21,948 bases of DNA, taken from the IMG/VR virus record IMGVR_UViG_3300002158_000015; one strand, 5' to 3'. The translations under genes and the position numbers were made by a program. The notes beneath the pieces are model-generated. The model ran no database searches. It had not been told where the DNA came from and saw only the letters and a list, made by a program, of their open reading frames with translations. Shown in pieces: positions 8,842 through 16,245 of this stretch. Every line of letters begins with the position of its first letter. Positions within the stretch are counted from its first letter, which is position 1. This DNA is from an uncultured virus (IMG/VR IMGVR_UViG_3300002158_000015) (lineage: Duplodnaviria; Heunggongvirae; Uroviricota; Caudoviricetes).

Positions 8842-9404
8842 CAGGCGCCCTCCCGGTAGGCCTTGCGGATCAGTTCGAGCACCTGCCCGGCATCGACCGG
8901 CCGTCCGGTCCTGCAGACCTCCTCGGCCACTTTTTCCACCGTGCGGTCGAGTTTTTCGGCGGCGCGGCGGTTTTCCGTCGCACGGCGGTCGGCCGAGACC
9001 TGCTGGCCGGTGACGACATTCTTGTAGGCGGCGGCAAGTTCCTGCGCCTGCTTGGTGGTCTTGGCCTCGTCGAGCAGATCGTCGATCAGCGTCTTGATCA
9101 GTTCGCCCAGCACCACATCGGCATCGCCGACCTTGTCCGGCTGCAATTGCTCGGCGATCCCGGCATAGATGGCGCTGCGTTCCTCCAGCCGGTCGCGGCG
9201 GCGCTTCAGCCGCACATTGCGGCGCGAAAAAGCGGAGCGCGACAGCGGCCCCTGCCCCTTTTCGGCGAGACGGCGGTTCAGATCGGCAAGAATGTCGACC
9301 TGGGTGCGGCTGCGCTGGTTGAGCTGGCACAGCGCCCACGCCACATCGTCCTGGCACTCTTCCGGCAACAGGTCGAGTGAGGAGAGAACCCGGCGCTCGG
9401 CCAT
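8841..9404 (-). CDS. Mu gp27-like / DUF3486 family protein (putative small terminase)
   Basis: SSLDLLPEE..LSRSAFSR motifs. Immediately upstream of the large terminase. Confidence 0.82.
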   Translation of the reverse strand: MAERRVLSSLDLLPEECQDDVAWALCQLNQRSRTQVDILADLNRRLAEKGQGPLSRSAFSRRNVRLKRRRDRLEERSAIYAGIAEQLQPDKVGDADVVLGELIKTLIDDLLDEAKTTKQAQELAAAYKNVVTGQQVSADRRATENRRAAEKLDRTVEKVAEEVCRTGRPVDAGQVLELIRKAYREGA

Positions 9405-9405
9405 C

Positions 9406-9708
9406 TCAGCGCACAGGCCGGCTGGTGCGCTTGACGCCGGCCAGAAAACGCCGGTGCGAAAGATGCTCAGTGCCGGCCGGCTGAAGCGTGGCGATGATCA
9501 CGGTTCCCGCCGGCGTCAGCCGCACCGCTTCCATCTCCTTCAGCCAGGCAAGCTCGCGCTCGACCCATTCGCGCTCGCGCACGATCATGAACATGTCGGC
9601 CAGATGTTCGCGCAGCGCGCTCGAGGTGGCGCTCTCGTTCGGTTCCTCGGCCAGCGCGCGCAGGATGATCAGGCGCGCCTCCTCGCGAATGATGCGCTCC
9701 AGGCTCAT
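9406..9708 (-). CDS. Mu gp26-like small winged-helix protein
   Basis: EEARLIILRALAE..LAWLKEMEAV..ATL..AG..AGVKR pattern, in the conserved position before gp27. Confidence 0.8.
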   Translation of the reverse strand: MSLERIIREEARLIILRALAEEPNESATSSALREHLADMFMIVREREWVERELAWLKEMEAVRLTPAGTVIIATLQPAGTEHLSHRRFLAGVKRTSRPVR

Positions 9709-10094
9709 CGTTTCCTCTCGAGTTCCAGCTCCTGCAACCGCGACGCGATCGCCTGCACCGGCTGCAACCGTTCGCTCAACGCGTCGATGCGGCCGGACAG
9801 GCGTTCGTCCATCGCCGTCATCGAACCGGTCAGCTCGACCATGGCGAGCTCCAGTCGGTGCGCCTGCTCGCGGTCGGGCAGATGTTTCAGTTCGGTCTCC
9901 AGCGCCTGGATGCGGCGCTCATGCGCATCGAGCCCCGCGTCGATGGCGGTCAGCGCCTTGGCGCTTGTCTCCTTGTGGCCGTCGAGATCCCTGGCGATCG
10001 TCTTCTCGCCGGAGGTGAACCAGCCATAGACGATGACGGCGAGCGCGATGAAGGACAGCGCGAAGGACAGCCATTCGCTCACGGTCTCCGGCAT
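9705..10094 (-). CDS. Mu gp25-like / DUF2730 protein (N-terminal TM helix plus coiled coil, 129 aa)
   Basis: ATG10094 overlaps the holin stop. TM segment WLSFALSFIALAVIVYGWF and motif RIQALETELKHLPD..HRLEL. Confidence 0.8.
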   Translation of the reverse strand: MPETVSEWLSFALSFIALAVIVYGWFTSGEKTIARDLDGHKETSAKALTAIDAGLDAHERRIQALETELKHLPDREQAHRLELAMVELTGSMTAMDERLSGRIDALSERLQPVQAIASRLQELELERKR

Positions 10095-10615
10095 CAGGCG
10101 CTCCCCGGCCTTGCGCCCCACAGGTCGCGCGCCTTGTCGGCCAGTCGCAGCACCGTGTTGCCGCCCATGTTGAGCACCTGGTAGCAGGTGGTGAGCCAGA
10201 TCAGGTCGGCGATCGACGGCCGCTCGATGGCAGCGCCGGTGGCGGCATTGACGACCGGCACCAGCACCCAGCTGTAAGCCCACAGCGCCATGATGAACCA
10301 TTGCCAGGCCGGCACCCATGCCGGCGTCGCCTTGTCCTGGACAAAGGCATGGCCGGCCTTCATGCGCGCCACCTCGGCGGCGATCAGTTCCGGCGTCTCG
10401 TCCTCGGTGGCGGCGACCGCCGCCTCGATCCTTTCGGGCGGCTGCGCCGGGATCTTGTCTGGCGGCACGCCGAGCTTTTCGGCGACGCTGTCGATGACGG
10501 CGGCGCCGATATCGGCGGCCTCGCCGCCAAGAAAACGCTCCAGCACCGATTTGACCAGCGGCGCGCCGACCTTGCGCGCTGCCTCGATGAGGACCGAGCC
10601 GACCAGCGGATCCAT
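10094..10615 (-). CDS. Putative holin (resembles the GTA/3TM holin type)
   Basis: Follows the endolysin. Hydrophobic C-terminal half WVPAWQWFIMALWAYSWVLVPVV..LIWLTTCYQVLNMGGNT. Confidence 0.7.
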   Translation of the reverse strand: MDPLVGSVLIEAARKVGAPLVKSVLERFLGGEAADIGAAVIDSVAEKLGVPPDKIPAQPPERIEAAVAATEDETPELIAAEVARMKAGHAFVQDKATPAWVPAWQWFIMALWAYSWVLVPVVNAATGAAIERPSIADLIWLTTCYQVLNMGGNTVLRLADKARDLWGARPGSA

Positions 10616-11367
10616 CAGGCATCCCCCATCGCTTCGATCTCGGCGCGATAGGCGGCGGCGCGCTGGCGATGCAGGACGGCGCGAACGGCGAAGACCAGCG
10701 CCACCAGCATGCCGGCCGCCAGAAGTGCTGCGATCGACCAGCCGGCGAGCTGCTCGGCATGACCGGGATTAAGCATGAGGTCGCCGCCTCCGCCGGCCGT
10801 CGCAGCACCGGTGCCGCCGCTACCGGCCGCGCGTGTCCTTGCCTTGGCCTGCGCCGCCCTGTGTTCGTCGGCGAGCGCCGCCTTGACCTCGTGACCGGGG
10901 AGCGAGGCGGCCAGCGCCCAGGCGACGCCCCTGGCCTCGATCGCCGCGATGCGTTTGCCCCAGCCGCCGCCGAAACTGCGCCAGATGGCGAGCGAACGCA
11001 CGAAACCGAGGCGCTTGCCGCAAAGCATCTTCACCGTCTGGTGGTCGGCGCCGCCGAGCGAGGCGGCCAGCCATTTTTTCGCCCGCCCCGGCCCGCTCAT
11101 CACGCCGGCATCGAAAGTAGCAAGATCGACGCCGGTGGCCAGCCGGTCGGCCCCGACCTTGTCCCAATAGTCGAGCCGGTAGATGCGCGCGACCATGGCC
11201 GGCGCGATGTTGCGCAGGGCGGTCTTGGTGGCGTTGGGCACGAAACGCCGATAGGTGGCGAGCGTGATGCCCTTCATGGTGGCGCCGCCGGGGTCGCGCG
11301 GATGGTCGGCCCATTCGCCCTCATGCTTCAGTGTAAGTTTGAGACTGGCCTCGAAATTCTGGCGCAT
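10615..11367 (-). CDS. Endolysin, glycoside hydrolase family 108, with C-terminal transmembrane segment (250 aa)
   Basis: LKHEGEWADHPRDPGGATMKGIT, IYRLDYWD, FDAGVMSGPGRA, FGGGWGKRI. C-terminal hydrophobic stretch WSIAALLAAGMLVALVFAVRAVL. An alternative in-frame ATG is at 11460. Confidence 0.88.
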   Translation of the reverse strand: MRQNFEASLKLTLKHEGEWADHPRDPGGATMKGITLATYRRFVPNATKTALRNIAPAMVARIYRLDYWDKVGADRLATGVDLATFDAGVMSGPGRAKKWLAASLGGADHQTVKMLCGKRLGFVRSLAIWRSFGGGWGKRIAAIEARGVAWALAASLPGHEVKAALADEHRAAQAKARTRAAGSGGTGAATAGGGGDLMLNPGHAEQLAGWSIAALLAAGMLVALVFAVRAVLHRQRAAAYRAEIEAMGDA

Positions 11368-11428
11368 GGCGGGCGGCTCCGGCGGCTGGAAACGGCCTGG
11401 AGCATGGGCGCCGCCGCGCGCGGCAGCC

Positions 11429-11448
11429 ATGCCCGCCGAGGCGGGCAT
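11429..11448. promoter_or_regulatory. Perfect 9-bp inverted repeat, candidate Mor/C-type activator site of the late (lysis) promoter
   Basis: ATGCCCGCC-GA-GGCGGGCAT lies between the activator stop (11457) and the endolysin start (11367). Confidence 0.55.
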
Positions 11449-11456
11449 CGGTATCG

Positions 11457-11825
11457 TCATCTGGGGAAAAGATCGCCCTGGCGCGGATCGCCGGAACCCT
11501 TGGCCGGCTTGTTCGGCATGGCGTAGAACAGGCGATCGACGCCGCTTTCGCTCATGCCAAGCCTGAGCGCGATTTCCGCGTTGGAGCAGCCGGCGGCGCG
11601 ATAGTGCCTGGCGCGCAATTCGCGCGCAAGCGGCACGCGGATGTAGAAACCGCCATAGCGGTCGGCGAGCCTGCCTGCGGCGGCGGCACCGATGTCGGCG
11701 GCAAGCTGGCCATTGCCTTCGGCCGGCACATAGAGCCGGGTGCCGCCGCGCCGTTCGGCGAGCCGCACCAGCCCCTCGGCGCCGAGCAGCGACAACAGCA
11801 GCGAGGAGAGCCGCGTTTCGCTCAC
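11457..11825 (-). CDS. mor: Mor/C-family transcription activator (122 aa)
   Basis: GTG11825 overlaps the upstream stop. Motifs GGTRLYVP and YGGFYIRVP, plus C-terminal HTH SNAEIALRLGMSESGVDRL. Directly precedes the lysis genes. Confidence 0.8.
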   Translation of the reverse strand: MSETRLSSLLLSLLGAEGLVRLAERRGGTRLYVPAEGNGQLAADIGAAAAGRLADRYGGFYIRVPLARELRARHYRAAGCSNAEIALRLGMSESGVDRLFYAMPNKPAKGSGDPRQGDLFPR

Positions 11826-12037
11826 AGCGTGCCCTTGAGCTGGCATTCCAGCCGCATTTGCCGGCAGCGCAGCTCACGCAGCCGCGCCTCCAGCTCGATG
11901 CGGTGATGGCAATGCGGGCGCAGCCTGGCGATGCGCCCGGCCAGCGCCTGGGCATCGCGCTCGAGCTGGTCGAGCGCCGAACGTTCGCGCCAGATCAAGA
12001 GCGGCGGCGGACCGGCCGGCAGGCGCACCCTTTGCAT
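11822..12037 (-). CDS. Small phage hypothetical protein (71 aa, helical)
   Basis: GGAG RBS upstream, stop coupled to the GTG of the activator, and phage-like codon usage. Confidence 0.7.
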   Translation of the reverse strand: MQRVRLPAGPPPLLIWRERSALDQLERDAQALAGRIARLRPHCHHRIELEARLRELRCRQMRLECQLKGTL

Positions 12038-12066
12038 CAGCGCCGCACTCCGCTAGCAAGGACGGC

Positions 12067-12357
12067 ATGGGCATCTTGTTCGCTTTCCTGATCATCGCCT
12101 CCGACGGCCACGACAACGAGGCGCGCGGCATCGGCGCCATGATGGCGGCCTCGGCCGAGTGCGGTTTCAAGCTCGACGAGGAAGTGCTCAGGCAAATTCT
12201 GCACGGCGCCGAAGACCGCTATCCCGGCTATGCCGAGGATGTCGCCTACGCTATGAGAAGGGCCGTCGAGCGCATCCGCCAGGCGCCGCCGAAATGGCGC
12301 GCCGCCCATTGCGCCGACATGCGCCAGGACGCCAAGGATAGCGACTTGGCGAAATAG
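12067..12357 (+). CDS. Counter-oriented small hypothetical protein, possibly exported (96 aa, 2 Cys)
   Basis: Exactly fills the gap between the gemA stop (12363) and the 12037 start. AAGGA upstream, strong GC3 bias, short hydrophobic N-terminus MGILFAFLIIAS. Confidence 0.62.
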   Translation: MGILFAFLIIASDGHDNEARGIGAMMAASAECGFKLDEEVLRQILHGAEDRYPGYAEDVAYAMRRAVERIRQAPPKWRAAHCADMRQDAKDSDLAK

Positions 12358-12362
12358 GTCTC

Positions 12363-12983
12363 TCATCGCCGGGTAACCTTGCGCAGCCGCGTGCCGAGCG
12401 TCGCCATAACGCCGGCCCATTCCTTCGGGCTCATCCTGTCGATCGGGTTGAAGGCATGGTCCTGGACATAGGCCGCGAAGGCCCTGAAACCCGGCTCGAC
12501 CAGGCCGGCTCTTTCCAGCGTCGACCATTGCGCGATGACGATCTTGGCGCCGGGCAGCCTTTGCCAGGCCGGCATCGAAGCGCCGAGCTTCCAGTCGACG
12601 CCGCCTTCGCGCGCCGTCCAGGCCTTCAGCGCGTCGATCGCCTTGGCCGCGTCCACCGGATCGACCAGGAAGCGTGTGTGGTCGATGCCGGTCTGGCGCC
12701 GGACGAAATCGAGCAGCGCTGCGTCTGTACGGTCGCGCACCAGGCCGAGATGCCAGGCCGAGATCCACAAGGCCTGCAGCTTGCGCGCGAACGGGCCTTC
12801 AAGCCCTCTTTTCGCGCCCTTGAAGCCGTGCCGGCGCAACGCCTCCAGAAGCCGTCCGCGCTCGGTGGCATTCATGGCGCCGGCCGAAGCTTTGCCGGTG
12901 ACGCGCAGCGCGAGTGCACGATAAGTGTCCTCGTCGAGGCCCAGCTGCCTGCGGGCGACATGGATTGCGGCAAGGGTGTTCAC
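12363..12983 (-). CDS. gemA: GemA / Mu gp16 (DUF1018) family protein
   Basis: LAAIHVARRQLGLDEDTYRAL..TGKASA..GFK, KLQALW, FVRRQTG, KAIDALKAW. Confidence 0.9.
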   Translation of the reverse strand: MNTLAAIHVARRQLGLDEDTYRALALRVTGKASAGAMNATERGRLLEALRRHGFKGAKRGLEGPFARKLQALWISAWHLGLVRDRTDAALLDFVRRQTGIDHTRFLVDPVDAAKAIDALKAWTAREGGVDWKLGASMPAWQRLPGAKIVIAQWSTLERAGLVEPGFRAFAAYVQDHAFNPIDRMSPKEWAGVMATLGTRLRKVTRR

Positions 12984-13010
12984 AACCGTGGCCCCATCGC
13001 CGTCTCAGCC

Positions 13011-13039
13011 TTGTCGTATGCGCAAGCTGTGACTAATCT
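13011..13039 (+). promoter_or_regulatory. Candidate sigma70 promoter for the two-gene moron
   Basis: TTGTCG (13011-13016), 17-nt spacer, TAATCT (13034-13039), 33 nt before ATG13073. Confidence 0.55.
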
Positions 13040-13072
13040 TCTGTTGGGATTGGGTTTTTCGGGGGGGCTACA

Positions 13073-13516
13073 ATGCGCAAGATTCTTGTGGGCATTGCTT
13101 TGGTTGTATTGGCCGGCTGTGCGACAACCAGCGAAATGCCGCTGGCGCCTAATGTGGTGCGTCTCGACACACAGGCCAGCGGCGCCCTCTTTGTAGGTTC
13201 CGCTCCATCCATAACGATGAAGAAGGCAGCCGAGGCGACGCTTGCGCGCGGCTATTCGCATTTCCGGCTTGAGCAAGCCACGATGGCCTCCGGCAGCCGG
13301 CTGGTAGGCATGCAGACCCAGACCAGCGGGGTCGGTACGGCAACTGTCTACGGCAACAACGCTTACGGCACATACAACGGCACCAGCTTCTCGACACCCG
13401 TTTATGCACGCACGGCAAACATCGGCGTCACCGTCATCATGTTCCACGCCAATGAAGCCGGAGCACGCGGCGCTTTCGATGCACAGCAGGTGTTGAAGAA
13501 GGGCGGCAAGATCTAA
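13073..13516 (+). CDS. Lipoprotein (moron), function unknown
   Basis: MRKILVGIALVVLAGC is a signal peptide II with lipobox LAGC. Has a G/T/S/Y-rich segment, is antisense to the phage operon and has lower GC. Confidence 0.85.
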   Translation: MRKILVGIALVVLAGCATTSEMPLAPNVVRLDTQASGALFVGSAPSITMKKAAEATLARGYSHFRLEQATMASGSRLVGMQTQTSGVGTATVYGNNAYGTYNGTSFSTPVYARTANIGVTVIMFHANEAGARGAFDAQQVLKKGGKI

Positions 13517-13552
13517 CTCATGGCACCCGACTGGAAGGCATGACGACAATCC

Positions 13553-14185
13553 ATGCACCGTTTCGCAGAACTGATCACCACCCTGCTGATAGGCATTTGC
13601 GCGGGTCTTGCCTTGGGAGGCATGACCGAGTTGGAATTTCGGCTGTATGACTGGCAGACCCTCATAGCAGGCATCTTGGCAGTCGGCGCAGCAGCAATCA
13701 CCCTTTTTGAGATGCGGAGGACGGAAGCAGCTCAGGGCAAGCGGCACAACGACCTTTTGCGTTTGTCTCTTCGGCAAGACCGAATGACTATCGAGCGCTG
13801 CTCTGCGCGAGCGGTTGGATGCCGAACGATGGTAGTGAGCTACAATGAATGGCTCGCTGCTGTAGCAGCGGATCCCACAAGCCTCAAACTTTGGCCCAAT
13901 CTTCGAAATATCGTCGATCGGTTCGTCTCTCTCCAGACTTTCGATGACGCAAAGAGCCTGTTTCCACCAGAGATGCATCATCGATTCTTGAGCATCAATA
14001 GATTTCACGGAAAACTGACAGACATGGTCGCGGCATACACATCCGGCGGTTCCCCAATGAGTGTTTCTCGCCAGCTGCGGCGCGCGAAAATTGTCGTCGA
14101 GCGATTGACCGATCACCTCACTGTTTTCGCGAACGAGCTTGAGGCTCTCCGGAAAGAATTTGAGATTGCAGAAGTACGTCACTGA
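13553..14185 (+). CDS. Membrane protein with two N-terminal TM helices (moron), function unknown
   Basis: Hydrophobic segments LITTLLIGICAGLALGGM and WQTLIAGILAVGAAAITLF, then a helical soluble domain. The stop lies 2 nt from the convergent DUF3164 stop. Confidence 0.75.
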   Translation: MHRFAELITTLLIGICAGLALGGMTELEFRLYDWQTLIAGILAVGAAAITLFEMRRTEAAQGKRHNDLLRLSLRQDRMTIERCSARAVGCRTMVVSYNEWLAAVAADPTSLKLWPNLRNIVDRFVSLQTFDDAKSLFPPEMHHRFLSINRFHGKLTDMVAAYTSGGSPMSVSRQLRRAKIVVERLTDHLTVFANELEALRKEFEIAEVRH

Positions 14186-14187
14186 TC

Positions 14188-14835
14188 TCAGGCTTTCGCC
14201 AGATCGATCGTTACAGCCCGCCATTCTGCGTCTAGACTGACCCGTTCATAACAGCGCACATAAGTCTTTGAACCCACTACCCGAATGGCGTCGCGGATCG
14301 CCGCCATTGCGCTCGCCCAACGCTCGTCGTCGATGTCGTGGCGCAACAGCGCAAAGATCTCGGCGCGGTTGATCTGTCCACTTTTGTCAACGTTGAAGGC
14401 GCGCGTGACGATGGTGCGGATCTCGAAGCGGCTGTCAGCCGTCCACTCGAGCAGGCAGTCGTCGATCAGCCTCTTGGCGATCTGTAGTTGCGGGCCGAAG
14501 TCGAGATGGTCCTGCACCTGAACCGAGATCTTCAGAAGTCCGTCGAAGGTCATGAAGGTCTTGTTGCCCTTCGCGCCGCCGACCTTGGCGTCATATTCTT
14601 GCGCCAGCAGTTGCTCGAAAGCCGATAGATCATCGAAGGTGTGCTGCTTGAAGCGCGCGATCCGAGCAGAAAGGTCGCGGGCATGTCCCATCACCTTACG
14701 CACGGTCTCGTCTTGAAGCTTGTCGGCGGGCTTGATGCTCTCCAGTGGCACCAGATTGCCTTTCGCGTCAGGCAGGTAGAACCGGCCTGCGACCTCAATG
14801 GTGCCATCCGGTATTTTGAGGGATGTGGGTTGCAT
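14188..14835 (-). CDS. DUF3164 family Mu-like phage protein
   Basis: DAKGNLVP..IKPADKLQDETV, GGAKGNKTFMTFDG, FGPQLQIAKRLIDDCL, AFNVDKSG, SKTYVR. Strong RBS AGGAGG. Confidence 0.88.
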   Translation of the reverse strand: MQPTSLKIPDGTIEVAGRFYLPDAKGNLVPLESIKPADKLQDETVRKVMGHARDLSARIARFKQHTFDDLSAFEQLLAQEYDAKVGGAKGNKTFMTFDGLLKISVQVQDHLDFGPQLQIAKRLIDDCLLEWTADSRFEIRTIVTRAFNVDKSGQINRAEIFALLRHDIDDERWASAMAAIRDAIRVVGSKTYVRCYERVSLDAEWRAVTIDLAKA

Positions 14836-14855
14836 GTCTTCCTCCTAGACCCTGT

Positions 14856-15197
14856 TCACCGGCTCGCATGCACGTCCTTGGCCTGGATGGCGCGGCGCAA
14901 GGTTTTCGCCGCCTGTTCCAGCCCACGTCTTGCCGCCGGCTCGGCGGCGGTGAAACGCGCCTGCTCCAGCCGGTCGACGGCGAGGCCGACGCCGCGGCAG
15001 GCCTCGAAAATGCGCTGTTCCTCGCGCTCGCGCGCTGCCCGCAACTGGCGCAACGTGTCGATCTCGGCAGCGATGGCTGCAGCAATGGCCGGTGCGATGT
15101 CGCTGGCGATCCTGGCCGCGCGGTCGCTTGCCAGCACGGCCGGCGGCAACAGGCCGGCCAACCCGGCGGCGGTCGCCAATTGACGCCCGGCGCGCAT
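14856..15197 (-). CDS. Hypothetical Ala-rich phage protein (113 aa)
   Basis: ATG15197 is coupled to the upstream stop (TGATG) after GGGG, and the ORF fills the operon gap. Confidence 0.65.
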   Translation of the reverse strand: MRAGRQLATAAGLAGLLPPAVLASDRAARIASDIAPAIAAAIAAEIDTLRQLRAAREREEQRIFEACRGVGLAVDRLEQARFTAAEPAARRGLEQAAKTLRRAIQAKDVHASR

Positions 15198-15610
15198 CAG
15201 CCACCCCCTTCCTGGCTCGGCTTCAATGCCGAATGCGGGCAGCCGGAACGGCAGGCGCGGTAGACCGCGACGCGAACCGACGAGGTGGCGGCAAAGGGTT
15301 TCTTCTGCCAGTCGAGGCAGACATTGCGGCCGATCTCGCCGAGCGCCGGGCAAAGCACCATCTGCCCCATCAGCGCGCCGCGTACTTTTTCCTCGACGCG
15401 GGCGATGTCGCCGGGATAGCGCCGCGAGATCACCGTCGACAGCGCCGAGGGCGAATAGCCGACGCGCTTTTCCGCACCGCGCAGTCCCTCGCGGTCGCAG
15501 AAGGCCGCAAGTTCGCCTACCCAGTCCGGCGCCGGCGCCCAGGCACCCTGCGCCTTGTCGGCGAAGCTGCGGCCGGGTGCGGCACCGCCGGCGCGAGGCC
15601 CGCGCTTCAT
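15197..15610 (-). CDS. HTH DNA-binding protein with C-terminal Cys cluster (137 aa)
   Basis: ATG15610 (ATGA overlap). HTH-like GAEKRVGYSPSALSTVISRRYPGD, followed by CPALGEI..C..ACRSGCPHS. Confidence 0.8.
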   Translation of the reverse strand: MKRGPRAGGAAPGRSFADKAQGAWAPAPDWVGELAAFCDREGLRGAEKRVGYSPSALSTVISRRYPGDIARVEEKVRGALMGQMVLCPALGEIGRNVCLDWQKKPFAATSSVRVAVYRACRSGCPHSALKPSQEGGG

Positions 15611-16245
15611 GGCGCCACCTCCTCGGCCAAGACCTCGCCGGCGACGCGATGGCGGTTCTGGTCGAAGACCAGTTTCGCCCGCAGCACCATCGGCGGCAGC
15701 GGGCCGCTGTTCATGGAGGGGCGCAATCGCCACAGCGCCGGTCGTCCCGGTCCGCCCGGATCGAGCCGCAGCAGATAACCAGCCTTCGACAAGGCCCCGA
15801 TGTAACTCCTCGCCGTCACGGCCGGCACGGTAAGGTCGTCGGTCGAGCCATAGGCGACGAGATCGGCGAAGGAGAAGCCGGCGCGCGCCAGCGGCCCGCG
15901 CATGACGTTCCACATCTGCTGCTGGGCGGTGGACGGACGGCGCCGGCGGCCGTCGCGCGACACGGTCGGCGCGGCTTTCGGCGCCTTGATCAGGCGCCAT
16001 TCCTTCTCGAGCTTGCCGGCGGCGCTGCGGCGCTCGCCGCAAGCCTCGACGAAACCGTCGCGTTGAAGCCGTCGCAACAGCGTCGGGATGGTGCCGCGCT
16101 GCGGCTCATCGCAGGCGCCGCGCACCTCGGCGGCGGTGAAACGGCGTCCGTCGGCGCCAAGCGCCCGGATCACCCGCCAGAAATGGTCGCGACCGCGATA
16201 GAGCAGTTCGGCCTTGGCCACCGTCAGCTTGAGGGCGGGCGGCAT
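15607..16245 (-). CDS. Conserved Mu-like phage protein downstream of B, probably tandem winged-helix (212 aa)
   Basis: ATG16245 is coupled to the B stop. Two similar units (FWRVIR..FTAAEV..LQRDGFV and MWNVMR..FSFADL..LSKAGYL), then SGPLPP..VFDQN. Confidence 0.78.
   Translation of the reverse strand: MPPALKLTVAKAELLYRGRDHFWRVIRALGADGRRFTAAEVRGACDEPQRGTIPTLLRRLQRDGFVEACGERRSAAGKLEKEWRLIKAPKAAPTVSRDGRRRRPSTAQQQMWNVMRGPLARAGFSFADLVAYGSTDDLTVPAVTARSYIGALSKAGYLLRLDPGGPGRPALWRLRPSMNSGPLPPMVLRAKLVFDQNRHRVAGEVLAEEVAP

Noticed and set aside
5314..8859. Long + strand ORFs 5314-6300, 6497-7312 and 7600-8859
   Set aside because: Antisense to well-supported gpF, portal and terminase genes.
12980..14224. 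414-aa - strand ORF spanning the moron, co-oriented with the phage operon
   Set aside because: Implausible Cys/His-rich composition. The + strand lipoprotein and membrane genes have clear signals and a promoter.
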